From positions 2,190 through 66,189 of the forward strand of contig CAMCYL010000004.1 in assembly GCA_945883905.1 (NCBI GenBank): DNA of 64,000 nucleotides. Reading direction: 5' to 3'. This stretch comes from Akkermansia muciniphila (GTDB taxonomy: Bacteria > Verrucomicrobiota > Verrucomicrobiia > Methylacidiphilales > CAMAQI01). The notes below the pieces were generated by a model. It searched no databases. It saw nothing but the letters and a program-made list of their open reading frames with translations, and was not told the DNA's origin. The first letter of the stretch is position 1. Each line of letters starts with the position of its first letter. Below, in pieces: positions 1-8,040 of this stretch. Made by a program: the position numbers and the translations under genes.

Positions 1-758
1 TGAACGTCGTCATCCCGAAGCGATCCAATTGGCCATCGCTCATTAAAAGCAACGCTATCCGTTACCAGATAGGCCTGCGGTTCCCCTTTGATCGTCGCCG
101 ATCCGACATGAAAAACGACGCTCTTCGGATAGTAAAGCACTCCCAACCCCTTCTCTCGTACCTTCAAACAAAGCGCAATATCCTCCAATCCAAATTCATC
201 GAAACCACCCACCTCCATGAACAGCGATCGCCTCATCAATAAACAGGCCCCTAAAAGAGCCTGATACTCCCGTGCTCGATTCACCACAAGTTCCTCGTGA
301 TGAAAACTTTGATAAATCGCATAAAAACCGCCTAGTCCCCGATTCATCACATAGCCCGCATGATTAATTAATCCGCTCTCTGGAAAAACAAGCTTTGGTC
401 CCACAATTCCAATGCGTGAATTTCTCATCGGTTCCAACAACGCCTCCAACCAGCCCGCTTGAGGAATCGTATCATTGTTTAAAAAAACGAGAAATTCAGA
501 ATCGGCCTTTTCCGCTCCCAAATTTGAGGCCTCATTAAATCCTCGGTTCTCCTTAAGGCCCCACCACCTCAATAAAGGCCACTCCTTTTCTAAAGAGCTC
601 AAATAATCCTGCGTTCCATCCTGCGAAGCATTATCAATAATATGAACCCGTGCTCGAAGAACAGGGGAAAGCGTTTTCTGAAGTGCCGCCAAACAGGCCT
701 TCGTATGATGAAGCTGATTAAAAGTCGGAATAACAATCGTGACGAGATCCTGTGGCAT
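1..758 (-). CDS. Glycosyltransferase family 2 protein (C-terminus runs off the window edge)
   Basis: Absent from the ORF track because it is truncated. My reverse-strand translation from the ATG at 758 reads MPQDLVTIVIPTFNQLHHTKACLAAL..IIDNASQDGTQDYL..ENRGFNEASNLGAEKADSEFLVFLNNDT..FGLEDIALCLK. This is the typical GT2/GT-A layout. Confidence 0.8.
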   Translation of the reverse strand, partial: MPQDLVTIVIPTFNQLHHTKACLAALQKTLSPVLRARVHIIDNASQDGTQDYLSSLEKEWPLLRWWGLKENRGFNEASNLGAEKADSEFLVFLNNDTIPQAGWLEALLEPMRNSRIGIVGPKLVFPESGLINHAGYVMNRGLGGFYAIYQSFHHEELVVNRAREYQALLGACLLMRRSLFMEVGGFDEFGLEDIALCLKVREKGLGVLYYPKSVVFHVGSATIKGEPQAYLVTDSVAFNERWPIGSLRDDDV

Positions 759-1261
759 CCCTCAAACTAGTAAGGAATTTCCAAAAAATAAACTCTAAAG
801 AAAAACACTCTCTTGGCCTAATAGTCAAAAGCACCGCCTTTCAAATTCAGCGGATCGAATCGCGCGGAGCCGCAGAGGCGCGGAGAAAGAGAGGGTTAAC
901 CGTCCATCCTCGCTCATCGAGGAAAGCTGAATCGCTGGATAGCCAGTAAGCTCCATCGCTTAAATCCCCAGTTTTGAATGCATTTAAGCTAGAAGCTTCT
1001 AGCTATATGCCATTAGTCTTTTAATCCTTGTGCAGCTCCCCCCTATCCGCCTATCAGTCTAACAGCCCAATAGCCTTCCTCTTCCCTTCTCTTCATTCAG
1101 CCTAAAGATCAGTCCCATTAGCGAAAATCAGTGCAGATCAGTGGTTTATTCCCTTTTTACTTGGCGTTTTTTGCCTTTCGTTGCTCCCCTTCCACCCTCC
1201 GAGCTAAAATTGCAAGCAGCTCCGCTGTTAGAATGGAATCGATTTACGATCCTTTTGACGG
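759..1261. repeat. Intergenic mosaic of dispersed repeat modules (CGCAGAGG-type and GGCTA/TTAGCC-type)
   Basis: gccgcagaggcgcggag (about 865-885) resembles the repeats at 4091, 4990 and 26320. Positions 1040-1090 are the reverse complement of sequence at 11760-11800. gcgaaaatcagtgcagatcagtgg is typical REP-like filler. The ORF at 752..949 translates repeat sequence. Confidence 0.6.
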
Positions 1262-2584
1262 TTAATCCCTCTTCTCAAACTCTTTCAAAATAACTTTCAA
1301 GCGATGATCCCATAAATGCTCTCGTGCCGTCCGTTGCTTCGCCATCGCTCCTCTCGTCAAGGCCTCCTCCGGATTCGCTAACAACTCACAGGTCTTCGTC
1401 TCCAATTCCTCCAAAGTCTCCCCTACGACAATCTCCGGCTCCGGATAACAACTCATCACATCCGGACTCCTCAAATTCACTGAAACTCGTCCCGAGGCCG
1501 CAATCTCAAATAACTTTTCATTCCCTGTCGCATCCCGTAACGGATTCGCTCCATTCAAATGCACGGTATATTTTTGATAATACTCCGGTAATTCTCCTAA
1601 ATTAATATTCTTGCCCGCCTTCACTCCATACGGCTCCCACTCCGAAGCATTCGAAAAAACATCAACCAATCCCTTCTCATACAAACGCATCACAAGCGCA
1701 GGGCGATCATAACGCGTCACCAACTTCACCAACATCGTGAAATCAAGTAAAATCCCATGATCATTCGCAAAGGCAAAGGCCTTCGGATAAATCTCTCCCG
1801 CCATCTTTAATAACTCCAACGAAGGCGCAAAAGGATTCTTCGCCTTCACCTCCATCGCTACTGCTAATAACTCCCGCGTCTGCGGCTCCAATCGATACCA
1901 CTTCTGCACTGCCTCATCCCCCGCTCGTAAGATATGTTCCCGACTCATCATTCGCAGCGAAATCAAATCCCCCCCCGCCTTCATTAAATCAATGGCATCC
2001 TGATGAGGCGCACCACGAAATCCAGGGTTTCCAATAAAGACCGCTTTATCTTTAACTTCACACGGAAACCGCTGCTTCAAGAATTCGGCCGGTGCCGCCA
2101 ACCGTGAACTCAACTGCTGATCAACCCCAAAAAGTCGTGCCTCCTGCGCCATACTCTCCCCGTAAAAAACATGCCAAACTTTCGGATGACGGATAATCGA
2201 CTGAAATTTCATCTCCGAACTCGAAAACCACACGTTCGTCGGATAGGTAATCCAACTTCGAAAGTCATCAAACCAGATCGATCCAATTTGCTTCACTCCT
2301 GCGGCATCAAAAAAAGGCTCCGGATAAAAAAGCCAAAAGAGATCAAGACCAAACACGGTATCAATTTGCAAATCCTCTAAAAACTCCCTCCAATGTTCCG
2401 CAAGTCGTTTCAACGATTTCTCCTGCGACTTCTCCCCCAACATCGATCGCTGAATGCGCGAAGGAAAGGTATCCCGCACAATCGCCTGATGTCCCAAACG
2501 CTCACAAGCCGAAGCCATGAACTCCGTAGTCTTCGCAAAAGGAACCGAATGATCGTTCGATAAAAAAAGAACCCTTCGACTCAT
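1262..2584 (-). CDS. CgeB-like glycosyltransferase-domain protein (DUF3880 / Glyco_trans_1_2-like), paralog 2
   Basis: 440 aa. The C-terminal part (LFEIAASGRVSVN..NPEEALTRGAMAKQRTAREHLWDHRLKVIL) resembles CgeB-type GT1-like domains. The start overlaps the upstream gene stop by 4 nt. Confidence 0.45.
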   Translation of the reverse strand: MSRRVLFLSNDHSVPFAKTTEFMASACERLGHQAIVRDTFPSRIQRSMLGEKSQEKSLKRLAEHWREFLEDLQIDTVFGLDLFWLFYPEPFFDAAGVKQIGSIWFDDFRSWITYPTNVWFSSSEMKFQSIIRHPKVWHVFYGESMAQEARLFGVDQQLSSRLAAPAEFLKQRFPCEVKDKAVFIGNPGFRGAPHQDAIDLMKAGGDLISLRMMSREHILRAGDEAVQKWYRLEPQTRELLAVAMEVKAKNPFAPSLELLKMAGEIYPKAFAFANDHGILLDFTMLVKLVTRYDRPALVMRLYEKGLVDVFSNASEWEPYGVKAGKNINLGELPEYYQKYTVHLNGANPLRDATGNEKLFEIAASGRVSVNLRSPDVMSCYPEPEIVVGETLEELETKTCELLANPEEALTRGAMAKQRTAREHLWDHRLKVILKEFEKRD

Positions 2585-3681
2585 GAGACCCCCTCAACAA
2601 TCGACTTTAATCGATGTTCCCAAAGCCCTTCATTCTCGATCGCGATCTGATTCTTCCTTGCAAACAGATGCCAATCCTCTGAATGCTCCCTGAAATCATT
2701 CCGAACGGTATTCCACTGGGTATCCCCCGAAAGCACCACGACTCCTTGCCACGGCCCAACATAAATCTCCGGCGAAAGCAAAATCGGCACTGAACCCATC
2801 GCCATCGTCTCCGGAATCCGCTCGTAAGGAACCCCTAACAAAAGAGGACTCATTAAATGGAGCTGTGCGCGATATCGAGAAAGTATCATATTTTTATCAT
2901 AACGATCCAAATCCGGTTTCGCCTCGATCCCATACTGTTTCAATAGCTCCACCGCGCCAAAAATATCTAAATCTTCACGTCCTCCATAAAGATACCAAAG
3001 ATTCACATAAGGAATCACCTCCGACTCCCGCAAACGATCATACGGTTTTAAAAACTCCAAACGACTCGTACAAGATTTCAACCGCTCAAAACAGTCGAGT
3101 TCAAACTCCGGTAGATAAGAGGGATCCAACTCACAAGCAATTCTTCCTATTTGCTTCGGACTCGCATCGAGATCAATATATCGTCTTGGCGCCCCAGGAG
3201 GGAGAAAGGACCACATCATCCCAGGAATAATCTGGAGCGTATCCTGAAGATAATAATGCCGACATTTCTCATGCACCAACGGCTTTTCCCAAGAGCCCAA
3301 TTTCAACTCCTCCCAATTCCAAAACTGCAAAATATTCTTCAGGGGATGCAACCATAAATGATGAATCCGTAACGGCTGACCCTCTTGATGAAAAATAAAG
3401 GGAACCATCAAACTACTCGCATCTAAAGAGATCACATGATCAATCTCAAAACCTAAAATCATCTTCATCAATTGATCGACTAATCCAAAACGACCCAACT
3501 GACGCTCCTCCTCACTCTCCTCCTTCAAGGTCTCAAAAGCCTCCCACAACGCAGAAACATCCCGAGTAATCACATGGACCCCTGCCTTTTCTCCCGCCTC
3601 AAACAAAAAACGTGAAATCCGACGATGCCGAGGAAATCGGTCATCCCCCAAAACCAGCACATTCTGAATACGAGCCGCCAC
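2581..3681 (-). CDS. CgeB-like glycosyltransferase-domain protein, paralog 1
   Basis: 366 aa. It shares end motifs with the neighbour (..ETMAMGSVPILL.., GLWEHRLKSIVEG versus HLWDHRLKVILKE). Confidence 0.4.
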   Translation of the reverse strand: MAARIQNVLVLGDDRFPRHRRISRFLFEAGEKAGVHVITRDVSALWEAFETLKEESEEERQLGRFGLVDQLMKMILGFEIDHVISLDASSLMVPFIFHQEGQPLRIHHLWLHPLKNILQFWNWEELKLGSWEKPLVHEKCRHYYLQDTLQIIPGMMWSFLPPGAPRRYIDLDASPKQIGRIACELDPSYLPEFELDCFERLKSCTSRLEFLKPYDRLRESEVIPYVNLWYLYGGREDLDIFGAVELLKQYGIEAKPDLDRYDKNMILSRYRAQLHLMSPLLLGVPYERIPETMAMGSVPILLSPEIYVGPWQGVVVLSGDTQWNTVRNDFREHSEDWHLFARKNQIAIENEGLWEHRLKSIVEGVS

Positions 3682-3738
3682 CCGCAGAGTGTAAATTCAA
3701 CAGACGAAAATACCAAGAGAAATTAACCCCATTTTCCA

Positions 3739-4008
3739 GTGATTTATTTTGTGACCCCCCCCTTGCTCGCGCCTCACTTTTCTCAAGGACTCATCTGGGA
3801 TGCTTATTGGGGTGCAGTCGTAGAATCACTTACACGAAAATACAACTTTCAAAATCCGAGTTGGGTTGAAAACCCTGAACGTTTTCTAAAAAAACCGTTC
3901 TTCGGCATCGAAGCCGCTTCACTGCGTGCCACGCTTTTAATTGAAAGCCCCATCGAATTCCGTCGTAGAAACCTCTTCGTCACCGCAAATGCTCTCGAAC
4001 CCGTTTGA
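3739..4008 (+). CDS. Hypothetical protein, possibly a 3' gene fragment
   Basis: 89-aa GTG-start ORF. Only the C-terminal two thirds look protein-like (..NPERFLKKPFFGIEAASLRATLLIESPIEFRRRNLFVTANAL). I recognise no family. Confidence 0.25.
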   Translation: MIYFVTPPLLAPHFSQGLIWDAYWGAVVESLTRKYNFQNPSWVENPERFLKKPFFGIEAASLRATLLIESPIEFRRRNLFVTANALEPV

Positions 4009-4084
4009 AAAACACCGATGCTTTAAGTTGTTATTTCATACAGGAATTTCAAATAAAAAGAGGCTTCAATACAAAGAAAACCCT

Positions 4085-4234
4085 ATTTAACCGCAGAGGA
4101 CGCTGAGTATCGCAAAGGAAGACCTGTATTTAATTTCTTAAAACCAAAAATATTCTCATTTTCCTGCATTCCAGCCTTCCTAAGAGTTATAATCCTTTAT
4201 CCTCTGCGATACTCAGCGTCCTTTGCGGTTAAAT
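4085..4234. repeat. MITE-like repeat A1 with about 35-bp terminal inverted repeats
   Basis: Left arm atttaaccgcagaggacgctgagtatcgcaaagga (4085-4119). Right arm tcctctgcgatactcagcgtcctttgcggttaaat (4200-4234). The internal part is homologous to 4990-5114 in inverted orientation. Confidence 0.8.
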
Positions 4235-4244
4235 TGTCTTACTC

Positions 4245-4580
4245 CTATGCAGTTCCATACATCTCCACAATCAACTCTCTTAAAAGTTGCGCCGTACTCG
4301 GTTTTAAGCGATCAATCCTCTTGACGAATCGACTCTTATTCACGGTCCGAATCTGATCGATACAGATATCCGCCTCTCGACCGGCACATAGAATCCTCAA
4401 TCGACACCGCCACTCATCACGAAGCTGCGTCGTCAAAGGGCAGATAACGACCGTCTTTAAAGCCGCATTCCGATGATCATCACTCAAAACGACACAGGGT
4501 CGTGTCTTTCCAATCTCACTACCCTCCACAGGATCAAGTCGCGCGAGAAAAATCTCGTACCTCTTTGGAGAAGCGGTCAT
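4245..4580 (-). CDS. mazF: Type II toxin, PemK/MazF-family mRNA interferase
   Basis: 111 aa. EIFLARLDPVEGSEIGKTRPCVVLS..VVICPLTT..IDQIRTVNKSR is the PemK/MazF signature. It overlaps the antitoxin stop by 4 nt. Confidence 0.85.
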   Translation of the reverse strand: MTASPKRYEIFLARLDPVEGSEIGKTRPCVVLSDDHRNAALKTVVICPLTTQLRDEWRCRLRILCAGREADICIDQIRTVNKSRFVKRIDRLKPSTAQLLRELIVEMYGTA

Positions 4581-4933
4581 CGAAACTCCGATTTCTTAAC
4601 TGAACTCCAAGGAATCTCCTCTAGTCCCTCTAAATCGGTCGAAGCCCAATCGACTTCGATCGTATCCTCTTTAGCCATTGCCTTATAAGTCTCTTTCCAT
4701 GAAAGCTTCATAGTCATCGGCTTCGCAGCTCTCAAAATCAAGTGATCCTCCAATGTCTCCACAAGAATCCCCCCCTCCAACCCATACTTCTCAATGACCC
4801 CCTGAGGGAGCCGAATTCCCCTCGAGTTTCCGATCGCTGTAAGTTTACATTCCTCAAAAGGTTTCATGTAATTACTGTAATTCTTTTTTAAACCAGTGTC
4901 AAATCCTAGAGCTCTTCTTGGTAAATTGATCAT
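4577..4933 (-). CDS. mazE: AbrB/MazE/SpoVT-family antitoxin
   Basis: SpoVT-AbrB core ..LTAIGNSRGIRLPQGVIEKYGLEGGILVE... An internal ATG at 4867 (MKPFEECKL..) would give a more typical 96-aa antitoxin, so the start is uncertain. Confidence 0.8.
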   Translation of the reverse strand: MINLPRRALGFDTGLKKNYSNYMKPFEECKLTAIGNSRGIRLPQGVIEKYGLEGGILVETLEDHLILRAAKPMTMKLSWKETYKAMAKEDTIEVDWASTDLEGLEEIPWSSVKKSEFR

Positions 4934-4989
4934 TCCATTTCAGTAGTCGACAGTCCACAGAACGACTAGGGAAATACAAAAATTATTAA

Positions 4990-5114
4990 GCGCAGAGGAT
5001 AAAAGAATAGAACTCTCAGGAAAGCCGGAATTCAGGAAAAAGAGAAAGTTTGGGGTTTTAAGAACTAAAAATAAGGATTTCCTCTGCGTTACTCTGCGCC
5101 CTCTGCGGTTAAAT
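4990..5114. repeat. MITE-like repeat A2 (inverted, 5'-truncated copy of A1)
   Basis: cgcagaggataaaagaatagaactctcaggaaagccggaattcaggaaaa...cctctgcggttaaatt aligns by eye with the reverse complement of 4085-4234. Confidence 0.75.
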
Positions 5115-5233
5115 TGCTTTTGTATTTACTCCCCTCCGTACATTTTCAGCAACAAGCCAACACCCAAACTCCAGTTTTTTCATCAACTTCTATTTCCTTT
5201 CGCAATTTTCTTAAAAACCGCTATCATCTTTTT

Positions 5234-6064
5234 ATGCAGCGTTTTCTTATCCTCATCCTCCTCAATGCATCTCTTTGCGCCGAGGAAAAATCCCCTTCTC
5301 CCGGCAAGGAGGAAAATTGGCTCCAGAAAAACATCGAAGAACAGCAAAAACTTCAATCCAATCGAACTGCCAACGAGGCCGATAAAATAAATCCCTTCCA
5401 AGCGATCGCAAAACCGAATGAGGAGAAACCGAAATCAACAGAACCCTTTGCCCTGATCCAAAATAAAGAAACTGCTGTAAATAAACCGATCAACAAAATA
5501 GAGGCCCCCCGTCCAATCAATACCGACACCTCTTTCAAACCGGCTGTTTCCGGGATGCTCTCCGATAACTTTAATCAGATTCAAGGGGAAAAACAGAGCC
5601 GTGCCGCAGTCGAACGGATCGATTCCGCCAATAAGGAATCCGATCGTTTAAACACACAAGAAGAGGATCCCATTGAAAAAGCTCGTAAGGAGCGAATTCA
5701 ACAAAACTTAAACTCCAAAGCGAATGATAAGTTGTTCGATAATAAATTCGAACTCCCTGGAAGCTTTGATCATCCCAATGCCGAAACCCAACGTAAAAAT
5801 CCCTATCTTTCCGAAAATCAAAATCGTTTCCAACAAAACCGTGATTCCTTTGGAACGACTCCCGTCAACAATTTACAAACCATTCAGATGATCAAACCGA
5901 TCGAAACACCCCAAATGATCCAAAATCCGGCCCTGAACCGCTCTGTTTTCGAAAATCAAAAGCTGCGCAACGAAAATCAAAAGCCGATCTACAATCAAAT
6001 GATGACCATCCCCGGCACCGGAAGAAGCAGAATTCAAGATCCCAACGATTTCCTCAGACGATAA
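5234..6064 (+). CDS. Secreted low-complexity Q/N/E/K-rich protein
   Basis: The ATG at 5234 gives the signal peptide MQRFLILILLNASLCAEE. The TTG start in the track (5114) lies inside repeat A2. The rest is N/Q/E/K-rich, and I recognise no family. Confidence 0.55.
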   Translation: MQRFLILILLNASLCAEEKSPSPGKEENWLQKNIEEQQKLQSNRTANEADKINPFQAIAKPNEEKPKSTEPFALIQNKETAVNKPINKIEAPRPINTDTSFKPAVSGMLSDNFNQIQGEKQSRAAVERIDSANKESDRLNTQEEDPIEKARKERIQQNLNSKANDKLFDNKFELPGSFDHPNAETQRKNPYLSENQNRFQQNRDSFGTTPVNNLQTIQMIKPIETPQMIQNPALNRSVFENQKLRNENQKPIYNQMMTIPGTGRSRIQDPNDFLRR

Positions 6065-6112
6065 TCGATGCCCGAAAACAAAAAAAATAAAGTCCATTCA
6101 AGGACATTATTT

Positions 6113-6275
6113 CACGCAACGACGCCACGTTAAATCCTTCCCCCTCTCGTTCTGATCACGGCTCCTCCGAGCCTCCTCCCTCTTTTTAAAAATAGAAATG
6201 AAGAGCTGATGGCTCAGCGTTATGGGCGAAGGGGGAAAAGAACAGCTATTGGCTAGAAGCGATTAGCCTAAAGCG
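6113..6275. repeat. Dispersed repeat modules (B-type left module plus C-type module)
   Basis: acgacgccacgttaaatcc..ctgatcacggctcctccgagcctcctccc..tttttaaaaa matches 20412-20490 and the reverse complement of 23300-23385. gggcgaagggggaaaagaacagctattggctagaagcgattagcc matches 21610-21655. Confidence 0.75.
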
Positions 6276-6319
6276 AAAGAAATAAATACACGCCTGATCC
6301 ATCGGCGCTCCATTAAAAA

Positions 6320-6531
6320 ATCCGAGAATTTCTCATTGAGAGGATTGTGAGCTCCTTCCGAAGAGAGGTAAAACCGATCCCCTACAGAGAATCTCGATCG
6401 TTTTTTGAAAATATTTTTTTCAAAGAAACCGGAGAGATTCTCTGTAGGCGGCAGACAACGAGGGAGGCGCCGAAAGAAAAGAGCTCGCGATCCTCTCCCT
6501 CTCTGACGTTGCGGCGTCGCGTCGTTACGTG
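6320..6531. repeat. Dispersed repeat B2 (inverted relative to 27799-28050)
   Basis: tccgagaatttctcattgagaggattgtgagctc ... gagctcgcgatcctctccctctctgacgttgcggcgtcgcgtcg. By eye it is the reverse complement of the 27.8-kb copy. Confidence 0.75.
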
Positions 6532-6944
6532 AAACAATCCATAAAATAAATTTTTAATCCCGTAAATCCTATCAATCCATGTAAAATTTTTCATTCATTC
6601 AAAATCATAACCAACAGTTGAAGGAATCCTAAAACAGCTTAAAGCTCTTTCATTCCGTCACGAAATTCAGATTTCAAACCCCTGTTGGTTATAAGTTGTG
6701 AATAAGTTGAGATTTATAACCAAGAACTTTCAATAAATCAGACTTGAATGACTTTTTGCTTTCCCTCTGAGAGAAATTCTCCATCTTTTCCTCAACTTAT
6801 TTTCGTCGGCAACTCTTAGAGGATCAGTAAATTAGAACCGATTTCTGGAGTTATTGACGTCATTAAGAAGAAGATGATCTCTTTCTTTTAAAATAAAGAA
6901 ATAAAACCATCTCCTAATAACCGCTCTTGAATGGAATAAAAGTT

Positions 6945-8039
6945 ATGAAATGTGTCATCGGGAAAGAAGCATTAATTGCAGGTCTTCAAATGGTTCAAAA
7001 CGTTGTCGCTTCTCGCACAACTCTCCCTATCCTTGGAAATGCCCTCTTGGTTGCAGAGAATGGTAAGCTGACGATCTCTACCACAGATCTCGACATGGGA
7101 ATCCGTGCTTCGATTGCTTGTGAAGTGATTAAGCCAGGAACGACAACTCTTCCCGCGAAACGATTTTTTAGCATTATTCGTGAACTTCCTGCGGTTGAAC
7201 TCACTTTAGAAGTCAACGATGAGAATCAAGCAACGATTCGTGCGGCCTCCTCCTATTTCAAAATTCTTGGTCTGCCTGCAGAAGATTTTCCAGCTTTTCC
7301 AAAAACAGAGGGAGCACGTCAATTCAAAATGACTCAAGGGACCTTCCGCGATATGTTGCGTCGGACCGCCTATGCGATCTCGAATGATGAGAGTCGATAT
7401 GTCTTAAATGGTGTTTTCTTAAGCTTTCATGATACCAAATTAACCATGGTCGCGACCGATGGACGTCGTCTTGCGCTCGTTGAACATGAGATGGAATTTG
7501 CCAAAGGAAATGAAACCGATGCAATCCTTCCGACGAAAGCCGTGAATGAACTCCAACGAATTTTAGGCCAAGAGGAGCCATTAACGATCTCCTTATCTGA
7601 TAATCAGATTGCCTTTGATTTAGGGGAAACCTTCCTTGTATCAAAACTGGTTGAAGGAAAATATCCGAATTACAAACAGGTTATTCCTCCTGAAGCGAAA
7701 GATCGTGTGATCATCGAGCGTGAACTGCTTTTGAATGCGACCCGTCGTGTTTCATTACTATCGAACGATAAAACAAATTCGATTCGATTAAGCTTTGGAC
7801 AAAACAATTTAGATATCATGTCGAACACCCCGGAAGTCGGAGAGGCCAAAGAATCAATTCCTGTAAATTATAAAGGAAAAGAGTTCTCTATCGCCTTCAA
7901 TCCGACCTATCTCCAAGATCCGTTGCGTCACATTGACTCCGATGAAATCTTCTTCGATTTCATTGACGAACTTAGTCCTGGGGTCATCAAATACAGCAAG
8001 CCTTTCTTGTATGTGATTATGCCGATGCGCACGGCATAG
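6945..8039 (+). CDS. dnaN: DNA polymerase III subunit beta (sliding clamp)
   Basis: MKCVIGKEALIAGLQMVQNVVASRTTLPILGNALL.., ..YVLNGVFL.., ..LVEGKYPNY.., ..PFLYVIMPMR. These are canonical DnaN features. I prefer the ATG at 6945 over the TTG at 6927. Confidence 0.95.
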   Translation: MKCVIGKEALIAGLQMVQNVVASRTTLPILGNALLVAENGKLTISTTDLDMGIRASIACEVIKPGTTTLPAKRFFSIIRELPAVELTLEVNDENQATIRAASSYFKILGLPAEDFPAFPKTEGARQFKMTQGTFRDMLRRTAYAISNDESRYVLNGVFLSFHDTKLTMVATDGRRLALVEHEMEFAKGNETDAILPTKAVNELQRILGQEEPLTISLSDNQIAFDLGETFLVSKLVEGKYPNYKQVIPPEAKDRVIIERELLLNATRRVSLLSNDKTNSIRLSFGQNNLDIMSNTPEVGEAKESIPVNYKGKEFSIAFNPTYLQDPLRHIDSDEIFFDFIDELSPGVIKYSKPFLYVIMPMRTA

Positions 8040-8040
8040 T

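Noticed and set aside
752-949. Track ORFs lying in intergenic repeats (752..949, 6347..6532, 6382..6594, 9289..9561, 20428..20622, 20463..20756, 20653..20859, 26666..26970, 27689..27964, 27843..28097)
   Set aside because: They translate repeat families A, B and C, giving R/S/P/G-rich low-complexity peptides. They overlap each other on both strands and have no recognisable domains. I treat them as non-coding.
5114-5233. N-terminal extensions given by the ORF track (5114, 6927, 9246, 15864, 21701, 32270, 40782, 57676, 59122, 62244 starts)
   Set aside because: The extensions use non-ATG codons, run into repeats, or precede obvious signal peptides or Rossmann N-termini that begin at an internal ATG with better context. 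I preferred the shorter starts. This remains uncertain without RBS modelling or homolog alignment.
6540-6926. Calling this region oriC outright
   Set aside because: Only one sequence fits the TTATNCACA DnaA-box consensus, dnaA is not adjacent, and GC skew cannot be evaluated from one window. I kept it as a low-interest finding, not a feature.
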